From assembly GCA_964016885.1 (NCBI GenBank), contig OZ024742.1:4650001-4714000 (forward strand): DNA of 64,000 bases. Direction: 5' to 3'. Positions 15,001-30,000 of this stretch are shown one piece after another; the stretch's first letter is position 1, and each line of letters starts with the position of its first letter. Made by a program: the position numbers and the translations under genes. The DNA is from Eledone cirrhosa. Taxonomy: Eukaryota. The notes beneath the pieces were generated by a model. It did not search any database, had not been told where the DNA came from, and saw nothing but the letters and a program-made list of their open reading frames with translations.

Positions 15001-18000
15001 GTTATAGTTATGTGGTATAGTAGTTATAGTCAGATGGTATAGTAGTTATAGTTACGTGGTATAGTAGTTATAGTTATGTGGTATAGTAGTTATAGTTATG
15101 TGGTATAGTAGTTATAGTTATGTGGTATAGTAGTCATAGTTATGTGGTATAGTAGTTATAGTTATGTGCTATGGTAGTCATAGTCATGTGGTATAGTAGT
15201 TATAGTTATGTGGTATAGTAGTTATAGTTAGATTATATAGTAGTTATAGTTTTGTGGTAGAGTAGTTATAGTTATGTGATGTTGTAGTTATAGTTATGTG
15301 GTATAGTAGTCATAGTTATGTGGTATAGTAGTTATAGTTATGTTGTATAGTAGTTATAGTTATGTGGTATAGTAGTCATAGTTATGTGCTATAGTAGTTA
15401 TAGTTATGTGGTATAGTAGTCATAGTCAGATTGTATGTTAGTTATAGTCATATGGTATAGTAGTTATAGTTATGTGGTGTATTAGTTATAGTTATGTGGT
15501 ATAGTAGTAATAGTTATGTGGTATATTAGTCATAGTTAGATTGTATAGTAATTATAGACAAATGGTATAGTAGTCATAGTTATGTGCTATAGTAGTCATA
15601 CTTATGTGGTATAGTACTCATAGTTATGTTGTATAGTAGTTATATTATGTAGTATAGTAGTCATAATTATGTGGTATAGTAGTTATAGTTTTGTGATATA
15701 GTAGTTATAGTTATGTGGTATAGTAGTTATAGTTTTGTGATATAGTAGTTATAGTTATGTCGTATAGTAGTTATAGTGAGATGGTATAGTAGTTATAATT
15801 ATGTGGTATAGTAGTTATAACTATGTGGTATAGTAGTTATAGTTATGTGGTATAGTAGTTACAGTCAGATGGTATAGTAGTTATAATTATGTGGCATAGT
15901 AGTTATGGTTATGTTGTATAGTAGTTATAGTTATGTGTTATAGTAGTTATAGATATGTGGTATAGTAGTTATAGTTATGTGGTATAGTAGTTATAGTTTT
16001 GTGATATAGTAGTTATAGTTATGTGGTATAGTAGTTGTAGTTATGTGGTATAGTAGTCATAGTCAGATGGTATAGTAGTTATAGTCAGATGGTATAGTAG
16101 TTATAATTATGTGGTATAGTAGTTATAGTTATGTGGTATAGTACTTATAGTCAGATGGAATAGTAGTTATAGTTATGTGGTATAGTAGTTATAGTTATGT
16201 GGTATAGTAGTTATAGTTATGTGGTATAGTAGTTATAGTTATGTGGTATAGTAGTTATATCTATGTGGTAGAGTAGTTATAGTTATGTGGTAGAGTAGTT
16301 ATAGTTATGTTGTATAGTAGTTATAATTCTGTGGTATAGGAGTCATAGTTATGTGGTACAGTAGTTATAGTTATGTGGTTTAGTAGTTATAGTTATGTGG
16401 TATAGTAGTTATAGTTATGTTGTATAGTAGTTATAGTTATGTGGTATCTTAGTTATAGTTAGGTGGTACAGTAGTTATAGTTATGTGGTATGGTAGTCAT
16501 AGTTATGTGGTATAGTAGTTATAGTTATGTGGTATAGTAGTTATAGTCAGATGGTATAGTAGTTATAATTATGTGGTATAGTAGTTATAATTATGTGGTA
16601 TAGTAGTTATAGTTATGTGGTAGAGTAGTTATAGTTATGTTGTATAGTAGTTATAGTTATGTGGTATAGGAGTCATAGTTATGTGGTATAGTAGTTATAG
16701 TTATGTTGTATAGTAGTTATAGCTATGTGGTATAGTAGTCATAGTCAGATGGTATAGTAGTTATAGTCAGATTGTATAGTACTTATAATTATGTGGTATA
16801 GTAGTTATAGTTATGTGGTGTAATAGTTATAGTCAGATGGTATAGTAGTTATAGTTATGTGGTATAGTAGTTATAGCTATTTGCTATAGTATTTATAGTT
16901 ATGTGGTATATTAGTTATAGTTATGTGCTATAGTAGTTATAGTTATTTGGTATAGTATATATATAGTTATGTGCTATAGTAGTCATAGTCATGTGGTATA
17001 GTAGTTAAAATTATGTGGTATAGTAGTTATAGTTAGGTTGTATAGTAGTTATAGTTATGTGTTATAGTTATCATAGTTATGTCGTGTAGTAGTTATAGTT
17101 ATGTGGTATAGTAGTTATAGTTATGTGGTATAGTAGTTATAGTTATGTTGTATAGTAGTTATAGTTATGTGGTATCTTAGTCATAGTTATGTGGTACAGT
17201 AGTTATAGTTATGTGGTATAGTATTTATAGTCAGATGGTATAGTAGTTATAGTTATGTGGTATAGTAGTTATAGTTATGTGGTATAGTAGTTATAGTTAT
17301 GTGGTATAGTAGTTATAGTTATGTGGTATAGTAGTTATAGTTATGTGCTATAGTAGTCATAGTCATGTGGTATAGTAGTTATAGTTATGTGGTATAGTAG
17401 TTATAGTTAGGTTGTATAGTAGTTATAGTTATGTGGTATAGTAGTTATAGTTATGTGGTATAGTAGTCATAGTTATGTGGTATAGTAGTTAGAGTTATGT
17501 GGTATAGTAGTTATAGTTATATGGTATAGTAGTTATAGTCATGTTGTATAGTAGTTATATTTATGTGGTATAGTAGTCATAGTTATGTGGTATAGTAGTT
17601 ATATGTATGTGGTATAGTAGTTATAGTCACATGGTATAGTAGTTATAGTTATGTGGTATAGTAGTTATAGTTATGTGGTATAGTAGTTATAGTTATGTGG
17701 TATAGTAGTTATCGTCAGATGGTATAGTAGTTATAGTTATGTGGTATAGTAGTTATAGACAGATGGTATAGTAGTTATAGTTATGTGGTATAGTAGTTAT
17801 AGTTATGTTGTATAGTAGCTATAGTTATGTGCTATAGTAGTCATTGTCATGTGGTATAGTAGTTATAGTTATGTGGTATAGTAGTTATAGTTATGTTGTA
17901 TAGTAGCTATAGTTATGTGATATAGTAGTCATAGTTATGTGGTATAGTAGTTATAGTTATGTGGTATAGTAGTTATTGTTACGTGGTATAGTAGTTATAG

Positions 18001-21000
18001 TTATGTGGTATAGTAGTTATAGTTATGTGCTATAGTAGTTATAGTTATGTGCTATAGTAGTTATAGTTATGTGGTATATTAGTCATATTTAGAGGGTATA
18101 GTAATTATAGTCAGATGGTATAGTGGTTATAGTTATGTGGTATAGTAGTTATAGTTATGTGGTATAGTAGTTATAGTTATGTGGTATAGTAGTCATAGTT
18201 ATGTGGTATAGTAGTTAGAGTTATGTGGTATAGTAGTTATAGTTATGTGGTATAGTAGTTATAGTTATGTGTTATAGTAGTCATACTTATGCGGTTTAGT
18301 GGTCATAGTTATGTTGTATAGTAGTTATATTCAGATGGTATAGTAGTTATAGTTATGTGGTATAGTAGTTATAGTTTTGTGATATAGTAGTTATAGTTTT
18401 GTGATATAGTAGTTATAGTTATGTGGTATAGTAGGTATAGTTATGTGATATAGTAGTTATAGTCATATGGTATATTAGTTATAATTATGTGGTAGAGTAG
18501 TTATAGTTATGTGGTCTAGTAGTTATAATTATGTGGTATAGTAGTTAAAATCAGATGGTATAGTAATTATAGTTATGTGGTATAGTAGTTATAGTCAGAT
18601 GGTATAGTAGTTATAATTATGTGGCATAGTAGTTATAGTTATGTGGTATAGTAGTTATAGTTATGTGGTTTAGTAGTTATAGTTATGTGGTATAGTAGTT
18701 ATAGTTATGTGGTATAGTAGTTATAGTTATGTGGTATAGTAGTTATAGTTATGTTGTATAGTAGTTATAGTCAGATGGTATAGTAGTTATAGTTATGTGG
18801 TATAGTAGTTATAGTTATGTGGTTTAGTAGTTATAGTTATGTTGTATAGTAGTTATAGTCAGATGGTATAGTAGTTATAGTTATGTGGTATAGTAGTCGT
18901 AGTTATGTGGTATAGTAGTTACAGTTATGTGGTATAGTAGTTATAGTAATATGATATAGTAGTTATAGTTATTTGGTATAGTAGTTATAGTTATGTGGTA
19001 TAGTAGTCATAGTCAGATGGTATAGTAGTTATAGTTATGTGGTATAGTAGTCATAGTTATATGGTATAGTAGTTATAGTTATGTGGTGTAGTAGTCATAG
19101 TTGTGTTGTGTAGTAGTTATAGTTATGTGGTATAGTAGTTATAGTTATGTTGTATAGTAGTTATAGTTATGTGGTATAGTAATCATAGTTATGTGGTATA
19201 GTAGTTATATGTATGTGGTATAGTAGTTATAGTCACATGGTATAGTAGTTATAGTTATGTGGTATAGTAGTTATAGTTATGTGGTATAGTAGTTATATTT
19301 ATTTGGTATAGTAGCTATCGTCAGGTGGTATAGTAGTTATAGTTATGTGGTATAGTAGTTATAGTCAGATGGTATAGTAGTTATAGTTATGTGGTATAGT
19401 AGTCATAGTCAGATGGTATAGTAGTTATAGTCAGATGGTATAGTAGTTATAGTTATGTGGTATAGTAGTTATAGTCAGATGGTATAGTAGTTATAGTTAT
19501 GTGATATAGTAGTTATAGTTTTGTTGTATAGTAGTTATAGTTATGTGGTATAGTAGTTATAGTTGTGTGGTATAGTAGTTATAGTTATGTGGTATCGTAG
19601 TTATAGTTATGTGGTATATTAGTCATAGTTAGATGGTATAGTAGTTATAGTTATGTGGTATAATAATTATAGGTATGTGGTATAGTAGTTATAGTTAGGT
19701 GGTATAGTAATCATAATCATATGGTATAGTAGTTATAGTTATGTGGTATAGTAGTTATAGTTATGTGGTATAGTAGTTATAGTTATGTGGTATAGTAGTC
19801 ATAGTTATGTGGTATAGTAGTTATAGTTATGTGGTATAGTAGTTCTAGTCAGATGGTATAATAGTTATAATTATGTGGTATAGTAGTTATAGTTTTGTGA
19901 TATAGTAGTTATAGTTATGTGGTATAGTAGTTATAGTTTTGTGATATAGTAGTTATAGTTATGTGGTATAGTAGTTATAGTGAGATGGTATAGTAGTTAT
20001 AATTATGTGGTATAGTAGTTATAACTATGTGGTATAGTAGTTATAGTTATGTGGTATAGTAGTTACAGTCAGATGGTATAGTAGTTATAATTATGTGGCA
20101 TAGTAGTTATGGTTATGTTGTATAATAGTTATAGTTATGTGTTATAATAGTTATATTTATGTGGTATAGTAGTTATAGTTATGTGGTATAGTAGTTATAG
20201 TTTTGTGATATAGTAGTTATAGTTATGTGGTATAGTAGTTGTAGTTATGTGGTATAGTAGTCATAGTCAGATGGTATAGTAGTTATAGCCAGATGGTATA
20301 GTAGTTATAATTATGTGGTATAGTAGTTATAGTTATGTGGTATAGTAGTTATAGTCAGATTGGAATAGTAGTTATAGTTATGTGGTATAGTAGTTATAGT
20401 TATGTGGTATAGTAGTTATAGTTATGTGGTATAGTAGTTATAGTTATGTGGTATATTAGTCATAGTTATGTGGTATAGTAGTTATAGTTATGTGGTATAG
20501 TAGTCATAGTCATGTGGTATAGTAGTTATAGTTATGTGGTATAGTAGTCATAGTCATGTGGTATAGTAGTTATAATTATGTGATAAAGTAGTTATAGTTA
20601 GGTTGTATATTAGTTATATCTATGTGGTATAGTAGTTATAGTTATGTGGTATGGTAGTCATAGTTATGTGGTATAGTAGTTATAGTTATGTGGTATAGTA
20701 GTTATAGTCAGATGGTATAGTAGTTATAGTTATGTGGTATAGTAGTTATAGTTATGTGGTATAGTAGTTATAGTTTTGTGGTATAGTAGTTATAGTTATG
20801 TGGTATAGTAGTCATAGTTATGTGGTATAGTAGTTATAGTCAGATGGTATAGTAGTTATAATTATGTGGTATAGTAGTTATAGTTATGTGGTATAGTAGT
20901 TATAGTCAGATGGTATAGTAGTTATAGTTATGTGGTATAGTAGTTATAGTTATGTGGTATAGTAGTTATAGTTATGTGGGATAGTAGTTATAGTTATGTG

Positions 21001-24000
21001 GTATAGTAGTCATAGTTATGTGGTATAGTAGTTATAGTTATGTGGTATAGTAGTCATAGTCATGTGGTATAGTAGTTATAATTATGTGATAAAGTAGTTA
21101 TAGTTAGGTTGTATATTAGTTATATCTATGTGGTAGAGTAGTTATAGTTATGTTGTATAGTAGTTATATTTATGTGGTATAGTAGTCATAGTTATGTGGT
21201 ATAGTAGTTATAGTTATGTGCTATAGTAGTCATAGTCATGTGGTATAGTAGTTATAATTATGTGGTAGAGTAGTTATAGTTAGGTTGTATAGTAGTTATA
21301 GTTATGTGGTAGAGTAGTTATAGTTATGTTGTATAGTAGTTATAGTTATGTGGTATAGTAGTCATAGTTATGTGGTAGTGTAGTTATAGTTATGTTGTAT
21401 AGTAGTTATAGTTATGTGGTATAGGAGTCATAGTTATGTGGTATAGTAGTTATAGTTATGTGGTTTAGTAGTTATAGTTATGTGGTATAGTAGTTATAGT
21501 TATGTTGTATAGTAGTTATAGTCAGATGGTATAGTAGTTATAGTTATGTGGTAGAGTAGTTATAGTTATGTGGTATCTTAGTCATAGTTATGTGGTACAG
21601 TAGTTATAGTTATGTGGTATGGTAGTCATAGTTATGTGGTATAGTAGTTATAGTTATGTGGTAGAGTAGTTATAGTCAGATGGTATAGTAGTTATAGTTA
21701 TGTGGTATAGTAGTTATAGTTATGTGGTATAGTAGTTATAGTTATGTAGTATAGTAGTTATAGTTATGTGGTATAGTAGTCATAGATATGTGGTATAGTA
21801 GTTATAGTTATGTTGTATAGTAGTTATAGTTATGTGGTATCTTAGTCATAGTTATGTGGTACAGTAGTTATAGTTATGTGGTATAGTAGTCATAGTTATG
21901 TGCTATAGTAGTTATAGTTATGTTGTATAGTAGTTATAGTTATGTGGTATAGTAGTTATAGTTATGTGGTATAGTAGTCATAGTTATGTTGTATAGTAGT
22001 TATAGTTATGTGGTATAGTAGTTATAGTCAGATGGTATAGTAGTTATAGTTATGTGGTATAGTAGTTATAGTTTTGTGATATAGTAATTATAGGTATGTG
22101 GTATAGTAGTTATAGTTAGGTGGTATAGTAGTCATAGTTATGTGGTATAGTAGTTATAGTTATGTGGTATAGTAGTTCTAGTCAGATGGTATAATAGTTA
22201 TAGTTATGTGGTATAGTAGTTATAGTTTTGTGATATAGTAATTATAGGTATGTGGTATAGTAGTTATAGTTAGGTGGTATAGTAATCATAATCAGATGGT
22301 TTAGTAGTTATAGTTATGTGTTATAGTAGTTATAGTTATGTGGTATAGTAGTTATAGTTATGTGGTATAGTAGTCATAGTTATGTGGTATAGTAGTTATA
22401 GTTATGTGGTATAGTAGTTCTAGTCAGATGGTATAATAGTTATAATTATGTGGTATAGTAGTTATAGTTATGTGGTATAGTAGTTCTAGTCAGATGGTAT
22501 AATAGTTATAATTATGTGGTATAGTAGTCATAGTTATGTGGTATAGTAGTTATAGTTATGTGGTATAGTAGTTCTAGTCAGATGGTATAATAGTTATAAT
22601 TATGTGGTATAGTAGTTATAGTTATGTGGTATAGTAGTTATAGTTTTGTGATATAGTAGTTATAGTTATGTGGTATAGTAGTTATAGTGAGATGGTATAG
22701 TAGTTATAATTATGTGGTATAGTAGTTATAACTATGTGGTATAGTAGTTATAGTTATGTGGTATAGTAGTTATAGTTTTGTGATATAGTAATTATAGGTA
22801 TGTGGTATAGTATTCATAGTTATGTGGAATAGAAGTTATAGTTATGTGCTATAGTAGTCATAGTCATGTGGTATAGTAGTTATAATTATGTGGTATAGTA
22901 GTTATAGTTAGGTTGTATAGTAGTTATAGTTATGTGGTAGAGTAGTAAGAGTTATGTTGTATAGTAGTTATAGTTATGTGGTATAGTAGTCATAGTTATG
23001 TGGTAGAGTAGTTATAGTTATGTTGTATACTAGTTATAGTTATGTGGTATAGGAGTCATAGTTATGTGGTATAGTAGTTATAGTTATGTGGTTTATTAGT
23101 TATAGTTATGTGGTATAGTAGTTATAGTTATGTTGTATAGTAGTTATAGTTATGTGGTATCTTAGTCATAGTTATGTGGTACAGTAGTTATAGTTATGTG
23201 GTATAGTAGTCATAGTTATGTGCTATAGTAGTTATAGTTATGTTGTATAGTAGTTATAGTTATGTGGTATAGTATTTATAGTCAGATGGTATAGTAGTTA
23301 TAGTTATGTGATATAGTAGTTATAGTTATGTTGTATAGTAGTTATAGTTATGTGGTATAGTAGTCATAGTTATGTGGTATACTAGTTATAGTTGTGTGGT
23401 ATAGTAGTTATCGTCAGATGGTATAGTAGTTATAGTTATGTGGTATAGTAGTTATAGTTATGTTGTATAGCAGTTATAGTTATGTGGTATCGTAGTTATA
23501 GTTATGTGGTATATTAGTCATAGTTTGATGGTATAGTAGTTATAGTCAGATGGTATAGTAGTTATAGTTATGTGGTATAGTAGTTCTAGTTATGTGGTAT
23601 AGTAGTTATAGTTATGTGATATAGTAGTTATAGTTATGTGGTATAGTAGTCATAGATATGTGGTTTAGTAGTTATAGTTATGTGGTATAGTAGTTATATT
23701 TATGTGGTATAGTAGTCATAGTTATGTTGTATAGTAGTGAAAGTTATGTGGTATAGTAGTTATATTCAGATGGTATAGTAGTTATAGTTATGTGGTATAG
23801 TAGTTATAGTTTTGTGATATAGTAATTATAGGTATGTGGTATAGTAGTTATAGTTAGGTGGTATAGTAATCATAATCAGATGGTATAGTAGTTATAGTTA
23901 TGTGTTATAGTAGTTATAGTTATGTGGTATAGTAGTTATAGTTATGTGGTATAGTAGTCATAGTTATGTGGTATAGTAGTTATAGTTATGTGGTATAGTA

Positions 24001-27000
24001 GTTCTAGTCAGATGGTATAATAGTTATAGTTATGTGGTATATAGTTATAGTTTTGTGATATAGTAGTTATTGTTATGTGGTATAGTAGTTATAGTTTTGT
24101 GATATATTCGTTATAGTTATGTGGTATTGTAGTTATAGTGAAATGGTATAGTAGTTATAATTATGTGGTATAGTAGTTATAACTATGTGGTATAGTAGTT
24201 ATAGTTATGTGGTATATTAGTTAAAGTCAGATCGTATAGTAGTTATATTTATGTGGCATAGTAGTTATAGTTATGTGGTATAGTAGTTATAGTTATGTGT
24301 TATAGTAGTTATAGTTATGTGGTATAGTAGTTATATTTATGTGGTATAGTAGTTATAGTTTTGTGATATAGTAGTTATAGTTATGTGGTATAGTAGTTGT
24401 AGTTATGTGGTATAGTAGTCATAGTCAGATGGTATAGTAGTTATAGTCAGATGGTATAGTACTTATAATTATGTGGTATAGTAGTTATAGTTATGTGGTA
24501 TAGTAGTTATAGTCAGATGGTATAGTAGTTATAGTTATGTGGTATAGTAGTTATAGTTATGTGGTATAGTAGTTATAGTTATGTGGTATAGTATTTATAG
24601 TTATGTGGTATAGTAGTCATAGTTATGTGGTATAGTAGTTATAGTTATGTAGTATAGTAGTCATTGTCATGTGGTATAGTAATTATAATTATGTGGTATA
24701 GTAGTTATAGTTAGGTTGTATAGTAGTTATATCTATGTGGTAGAGTAGTTATAGTTATGTTGTATAGTAGTTATATTTATGTGGTATAGTAGTCATAGTT
24801 ATGTGGTATAGTAGTTATAGTTATGTGCTATAGTAGTCATAGTCATGTGGTATAGTAGTTATAATTATGTGGTAGAGTAGTTATAGTTAGGTTGTATAGT
24901 AGTTATAGTTATGTGGTAGAGTAGTTATAGTTATGTTGTATAGTAGTTATAGTTATGTGGTATAGTAGTCATAGTTATGTGGTAGTGTAGTTATAGTTAT
25001 GTTGTATAGTAGTTATAGTTATGTGGTATAGGAGTCATAGTTATGTGGTATAGTAGTTATAGTTATGTGGTTTAGTAGTTATAGTTATGTGGTAGTGTAG
25101 TTATAGTTATGTTGTATAGTAGTTATAGTTATGTGGTATAGGAGTCATAGTTATGTGGTATAGTAGTTATAGTTATGTGGTTTAGTAGTCATAGTTATGT
25201 GGTAGTGTAGTTATAGTTATGTTGTATAGTAGTTATAGTTATGTGGTATCTTAGTCATAGTTATGTGGTACAGTAGTTATAGTTATGTGGTATGGTAGTC
25301 ATAGTTATGTGGTATAGTAGTTATAGTTATGTGGTAGAGTAGTTATAGTCAGATGGTATAGTAGTTATAGTTATGTGGTATAGTAGTTATAGTTATGTGG
25401 TATAGTAGTTATAGTTATGTAGTATAGTAGTTATAGTTATGTGGTATAGTAGTCATAGATATGTGGTATAGTAGTTATAGTTATATGGTATAGTAGTTAT
25501 AGTTATGTGGTATAGTAGTCATAGTTATGTTGTATAGTAGTTATAGTTATGTGGTATAGTAGTTATAGTCAGATGGTATAGTAGTTATAGTTATGTGGTA
25601 TAGTAGGTATAGTTTTGTGATATAGTAATTATAGGTATGTGGTATAGTAGTTATAGTTAGGTGGTATAGTAATCATAATCAGATGGTATAGTAGTTATAG
25701 TTATGTGTTATAGTAGTTATAGTTATGTGGTATAGTAGTTATAGTTATGTGGTATAGTAGTCATAGTTATGTGGTATAGTAGTTATAGTTATGTGGTATA
25801 GTAGTTCTAGTCAGATGGTATAATAGTTATAATTATGTGGTATAGTAGTTATAGTTATGTGATATAGTAGTTATAGTTATGTGGTATAGTAGTTATAGTT
25901 TTGTGATATAGTAGTTATAGTTATGTGGTATAGTAGTTATAGTGAGATGGTATAGTAGTTATAATTATGTGGTATAGTAGTTATAACTATGTGGTATAGT
26001 AGTTATAGTTATGTGGTATAGTAGTTATAGTTTTGTGATATAGTAATTATAGGTATGTGGTATAGTATTCATAGTTATGTGGAATAGAAGTTATAGTTAT
26101 GTGCTATAGTAGTCATAGTCATGTGGTATAGTAGTTATAGTTATGTGGTATAGTAGTTATAGTTAGGTTGTATAGTAGTTATAGTTATGTGGTAGAGTAG
26201 TAATAGTTATGTTGTATAGTAGTTATAGTTATGTGGTATAGTCGTCATAGTTATGTGGTAGAGTAGTTATAGTTATGTTGTATACTAGTTATAGTTATGT
26301 GGTATAGGAGTCATAGTTATGTGGTATAGTAGTTATAGTTATGTGGTTTATTAGTTATAGTTATGTGGTATAGTAGTTATAGTTATGTTGTATAGTAGTT
26401 ATAGTTATGTGGTATCTTAGTCATAGTTATGTGGTACAGTAGTTATAGTTATGTTGTATAGTAGTCATAGTTATGTGCTATAGTAGTTATAGTTATGTTG
26501 TATAGTAGTTATAGTTATGTGGTATAGTATTTATAGTCAGATGGTATAGTAGTTATAGTTATGTGATGTAGTAGTTATAGTTATGTTGTATAGTAGTTAT
26601 AGTTATGTGGTATAGTAGTCATAGTTATGTGGTATACTAGTTATAGTTGTGTGGTATAGTAGTTATCGTCAGATGGTATAGTAGTTATAGTTATGTGGTA
26701 TAGTAGTTATAGTTATGTGGTATAGCAGTTATAGTTATGTGGTATCGTAGTTATAGTTATGTGGTATATTAGTCATAGTTAGATGGTATAGTAGTCATAG
26801 TCAGATGGTATAGTAGTTATAGTTATGTGGTATAGTAGTTCTAGTTATGTGGTATAGTAGTTATAGTTATGTGATATAGTAGTTATAGTTATGTGGTATA
26901 GTAGTCATAGATATGTGGTATAGTAGTTATAGTTATGTGGTATAGTAGTTATAGTTATGTGGTATAGTAGTCATAGTTATGTTGTATAGTAGTGAAAGTT

Positions 27001-30000
27001 ATGTGGTATAGTAGTTATATTCAGATGGTATAGTAGTTATAGTTATGTGGTATAGTAGTTATAGTTTTGTGATATAGTAATTATAGGTATGTGGTATAGT
27101 AGTTATAGTTAGGTGGTATAGTAATCATAATCAGATGGTATAGTAGTTATAGTTATGTGTTATAGTAGTTATAGTTATGTGGTATAGTAGTTATAGTTAT
27201 GTGGTATAGTAGTCATAGTTATGTGGTATAGTAGTTATAGTTATGTGGTATAGTAGTTCTAGTCAGATGGTATAATAGTTATAGTTATGTGGTATATAGT
27301 TATAGTTTTGTGATATAGTAGTTATAGTTATGTGGTATAGTAGTTATAGTTTTGTGATATATTCGTTATAGTTATGTGGTATTGTAGTTATAGTGAAATG
27401 GTATAGTAGTTATAATTATGTGGTATAGTAGTTATAACTATGTGGTATAGTAGTTATAGTTATGTGGTATAGTAGTTAAAGTCAGATGGTATAGTAGTTA
27501 TATTTATGTGGCATAGTAGTTATAGTTATGTGGTATAGTAGTTATAGTTATGTGTTATAGTAGTTATAGTTATGTGGTATAGTAGTTATATTTAAGTGGT
27601 ATAGTAGTTATAGTTTTGTGATATAGTAGTTATAGTTATGTGGTATAGTAGTTGTAGTTATGTGGTATAGTAGTCATAGTCAGATGGTATAGTAGTTATA
27701 GTCAGATGGTATAGTAGTTATAATTATGTGGTATAGTAGTTATAGTTATGTGGTATAGTAGTTATAGTCAGATGGTATAGTAGTTATAGTTATGTGGTAT
27801 AGTAGTTATAGTTATGTGGTATAGTAGTTATAGTTATGTGGTATAGTAGTTATAGTTATGTGGTATAGTAGTCATAGTTATGTGGTATAGTAGTTATAGT
27901 TATGTAGTATAGTAGTCATAGTCATGTGGTATAGTAATTATAATTATGTGGTATAGTAGTTATAGTTAGGTTGTATAGTAGTTATATCTATGTGGTAGAG
28001 TAGTTATAGTTATGTTGTATAGTAGTTATATTTATGTGGTATAGTAGTCATAGTTATGTGGTATAGTAGTTATAGTTATGTGCTATAGTAGTCATAGTCA
28101 TGTGGTATAGTAGTTATAATTATGTGGTAGAGTAGTTATAGTTAGGTTGTATAGTAGTTATAGTTATGTGGTAGAGTAGTTATAGTTATGTTGTATAGCA
28201 GTTATAATTATGTGGTATAGTAGTCATAGTTATGTGGTAGTGTAGTTATAGTTATGTTGTATAGTAGTTATAGTTATGTGGTATAGGAGTCATAGTTATG
28301 TGGAATAGTAGTTATAGTTATGTGGTTTAGTAGTCATAGTTATGTGGTATAGTAGTTATAGTTATGTTGTATAGTAGTTATAGTTATGTGGTATCTTAGT
28401 CATAGTTATGTGGTACAGTAGTTATAGTTATGTGGTATGGTAGTCATAGTTATGTGGTATAGTAGTTATAGTCATGTGGTAGAGTAGTTATAGTCAGATG
28501 GTATAGTAGTTATAGTTATGTGGTATAGTAGTTATAGTTATGTGGTATAGTAGTTATAGTTATGTGGTATAGTAGTCATAGTTATGTGGTATAGTAGTTA
28601 TAGTTATGTGCTATAGTAGTCATAGTCATGTGGTATAGTAGTTATAGTTATGTGGTATAGTAGTTATAGTTAGATTATATAGTAGTTATAGTTATGTGGT
28701 GGAGTAGTTATAGTTATGTGGTGTTGTAGTTATAGTTATGTGGTATAGTAGTCATAGTTATGTGGTATAGTAGTTATAGTTATGTTGCATAGTAGTTATA
28801 GTTATGTGGTATAGTAGTCATAGTTATGTGGTAGAGTAGTTATAGTTATGTTGTATAGTAGTTATAGTTATGTGGTATAGGAGTCATAGTTATGTGGTAT
28901 AGTAGTTATAGATATGTTGTATAGTAGTTATAGTTATGTGGTATCTTAGTCATAGTTATGTGGTACAGTAGTTATAGATATGTGGTATGGTAGTCATAGT
29001 TATGTGGTATATTAGTTATAGTTATGTGGTATAGTAGTTATAGTCAGATGGTATAGTAGTTATAGTTATGTGGTATAGTAGTTATAGTCAGATGGTATAG
29101 TAGCTATAGTTATGTGATATAGTAGTTATAGTTTTGTTGTATAGTAGTTATAATTATGTGGTATAGTAGTTATAGTTGTGTGGTATAGTAGTTATCGTCA
29201 GATGGTATAGTAGTTATAGTTATGTGGTATAGTAGTTATAGTTATGTGGTATAGCAGTTATAGTTATGTGGTATCGTAGTTATAGTCATGTGGTATATTA
29301 GTCATCGTTAGATGGTATAGTAGTTATAGTCAGATGGTATATTAGTTATAGTTATGTGGTATAGTAGTTATAGTTATGTGGTATAGTAGTTATAGTTATG
29401 TGGTATAGTAGTTATAGTTATGTGGTATAGTAGTCATAGATATGTGGTATAGTAGTTATAGTTATGTGGTATAGTAGTTATAGTTATGTGGTATAGTAGT
29501 CATAGTTATGTTGTATAGTAGTTATATTTATGTGGTATAGTAGTTATAGTCAGATGGTATAGTAGTTATAGTTATGTGGTATAGTAGTTATAGTTCTGTG
29601 ATATAGTAATTATAGGTATGTGGTATAGTAGTTATAGTTAGGTGGTATAGTAATCATAATCAGATCGTATAGTAGTTATAGTTATGTGTTATAGTAGTTA
29701 TAGTTATGTGGTATAGTAGTTATAGTTATGTGGTATAGTAGTCATAGTTATGTGGTATAGTAGTTATAGTTATGTGGTATAGTAGTTCTAGTCAGATGGT
29801 ATAATAGTTATAATTATGTGGTATAGTAGTTATAGTTTTGTGATATAGTAGTTATAGTTATATGGTATAGTAGTTATAGTTTTGTGATATAGTAGTTATA
29901 GTTATGTGGTATAGTAGTTATAGTGAGATGGTATAGTAGTTATAATTATGTGGTATAGTAGTTATAAATATGTGGTATAGTAGTTATAAATATGTGGCAT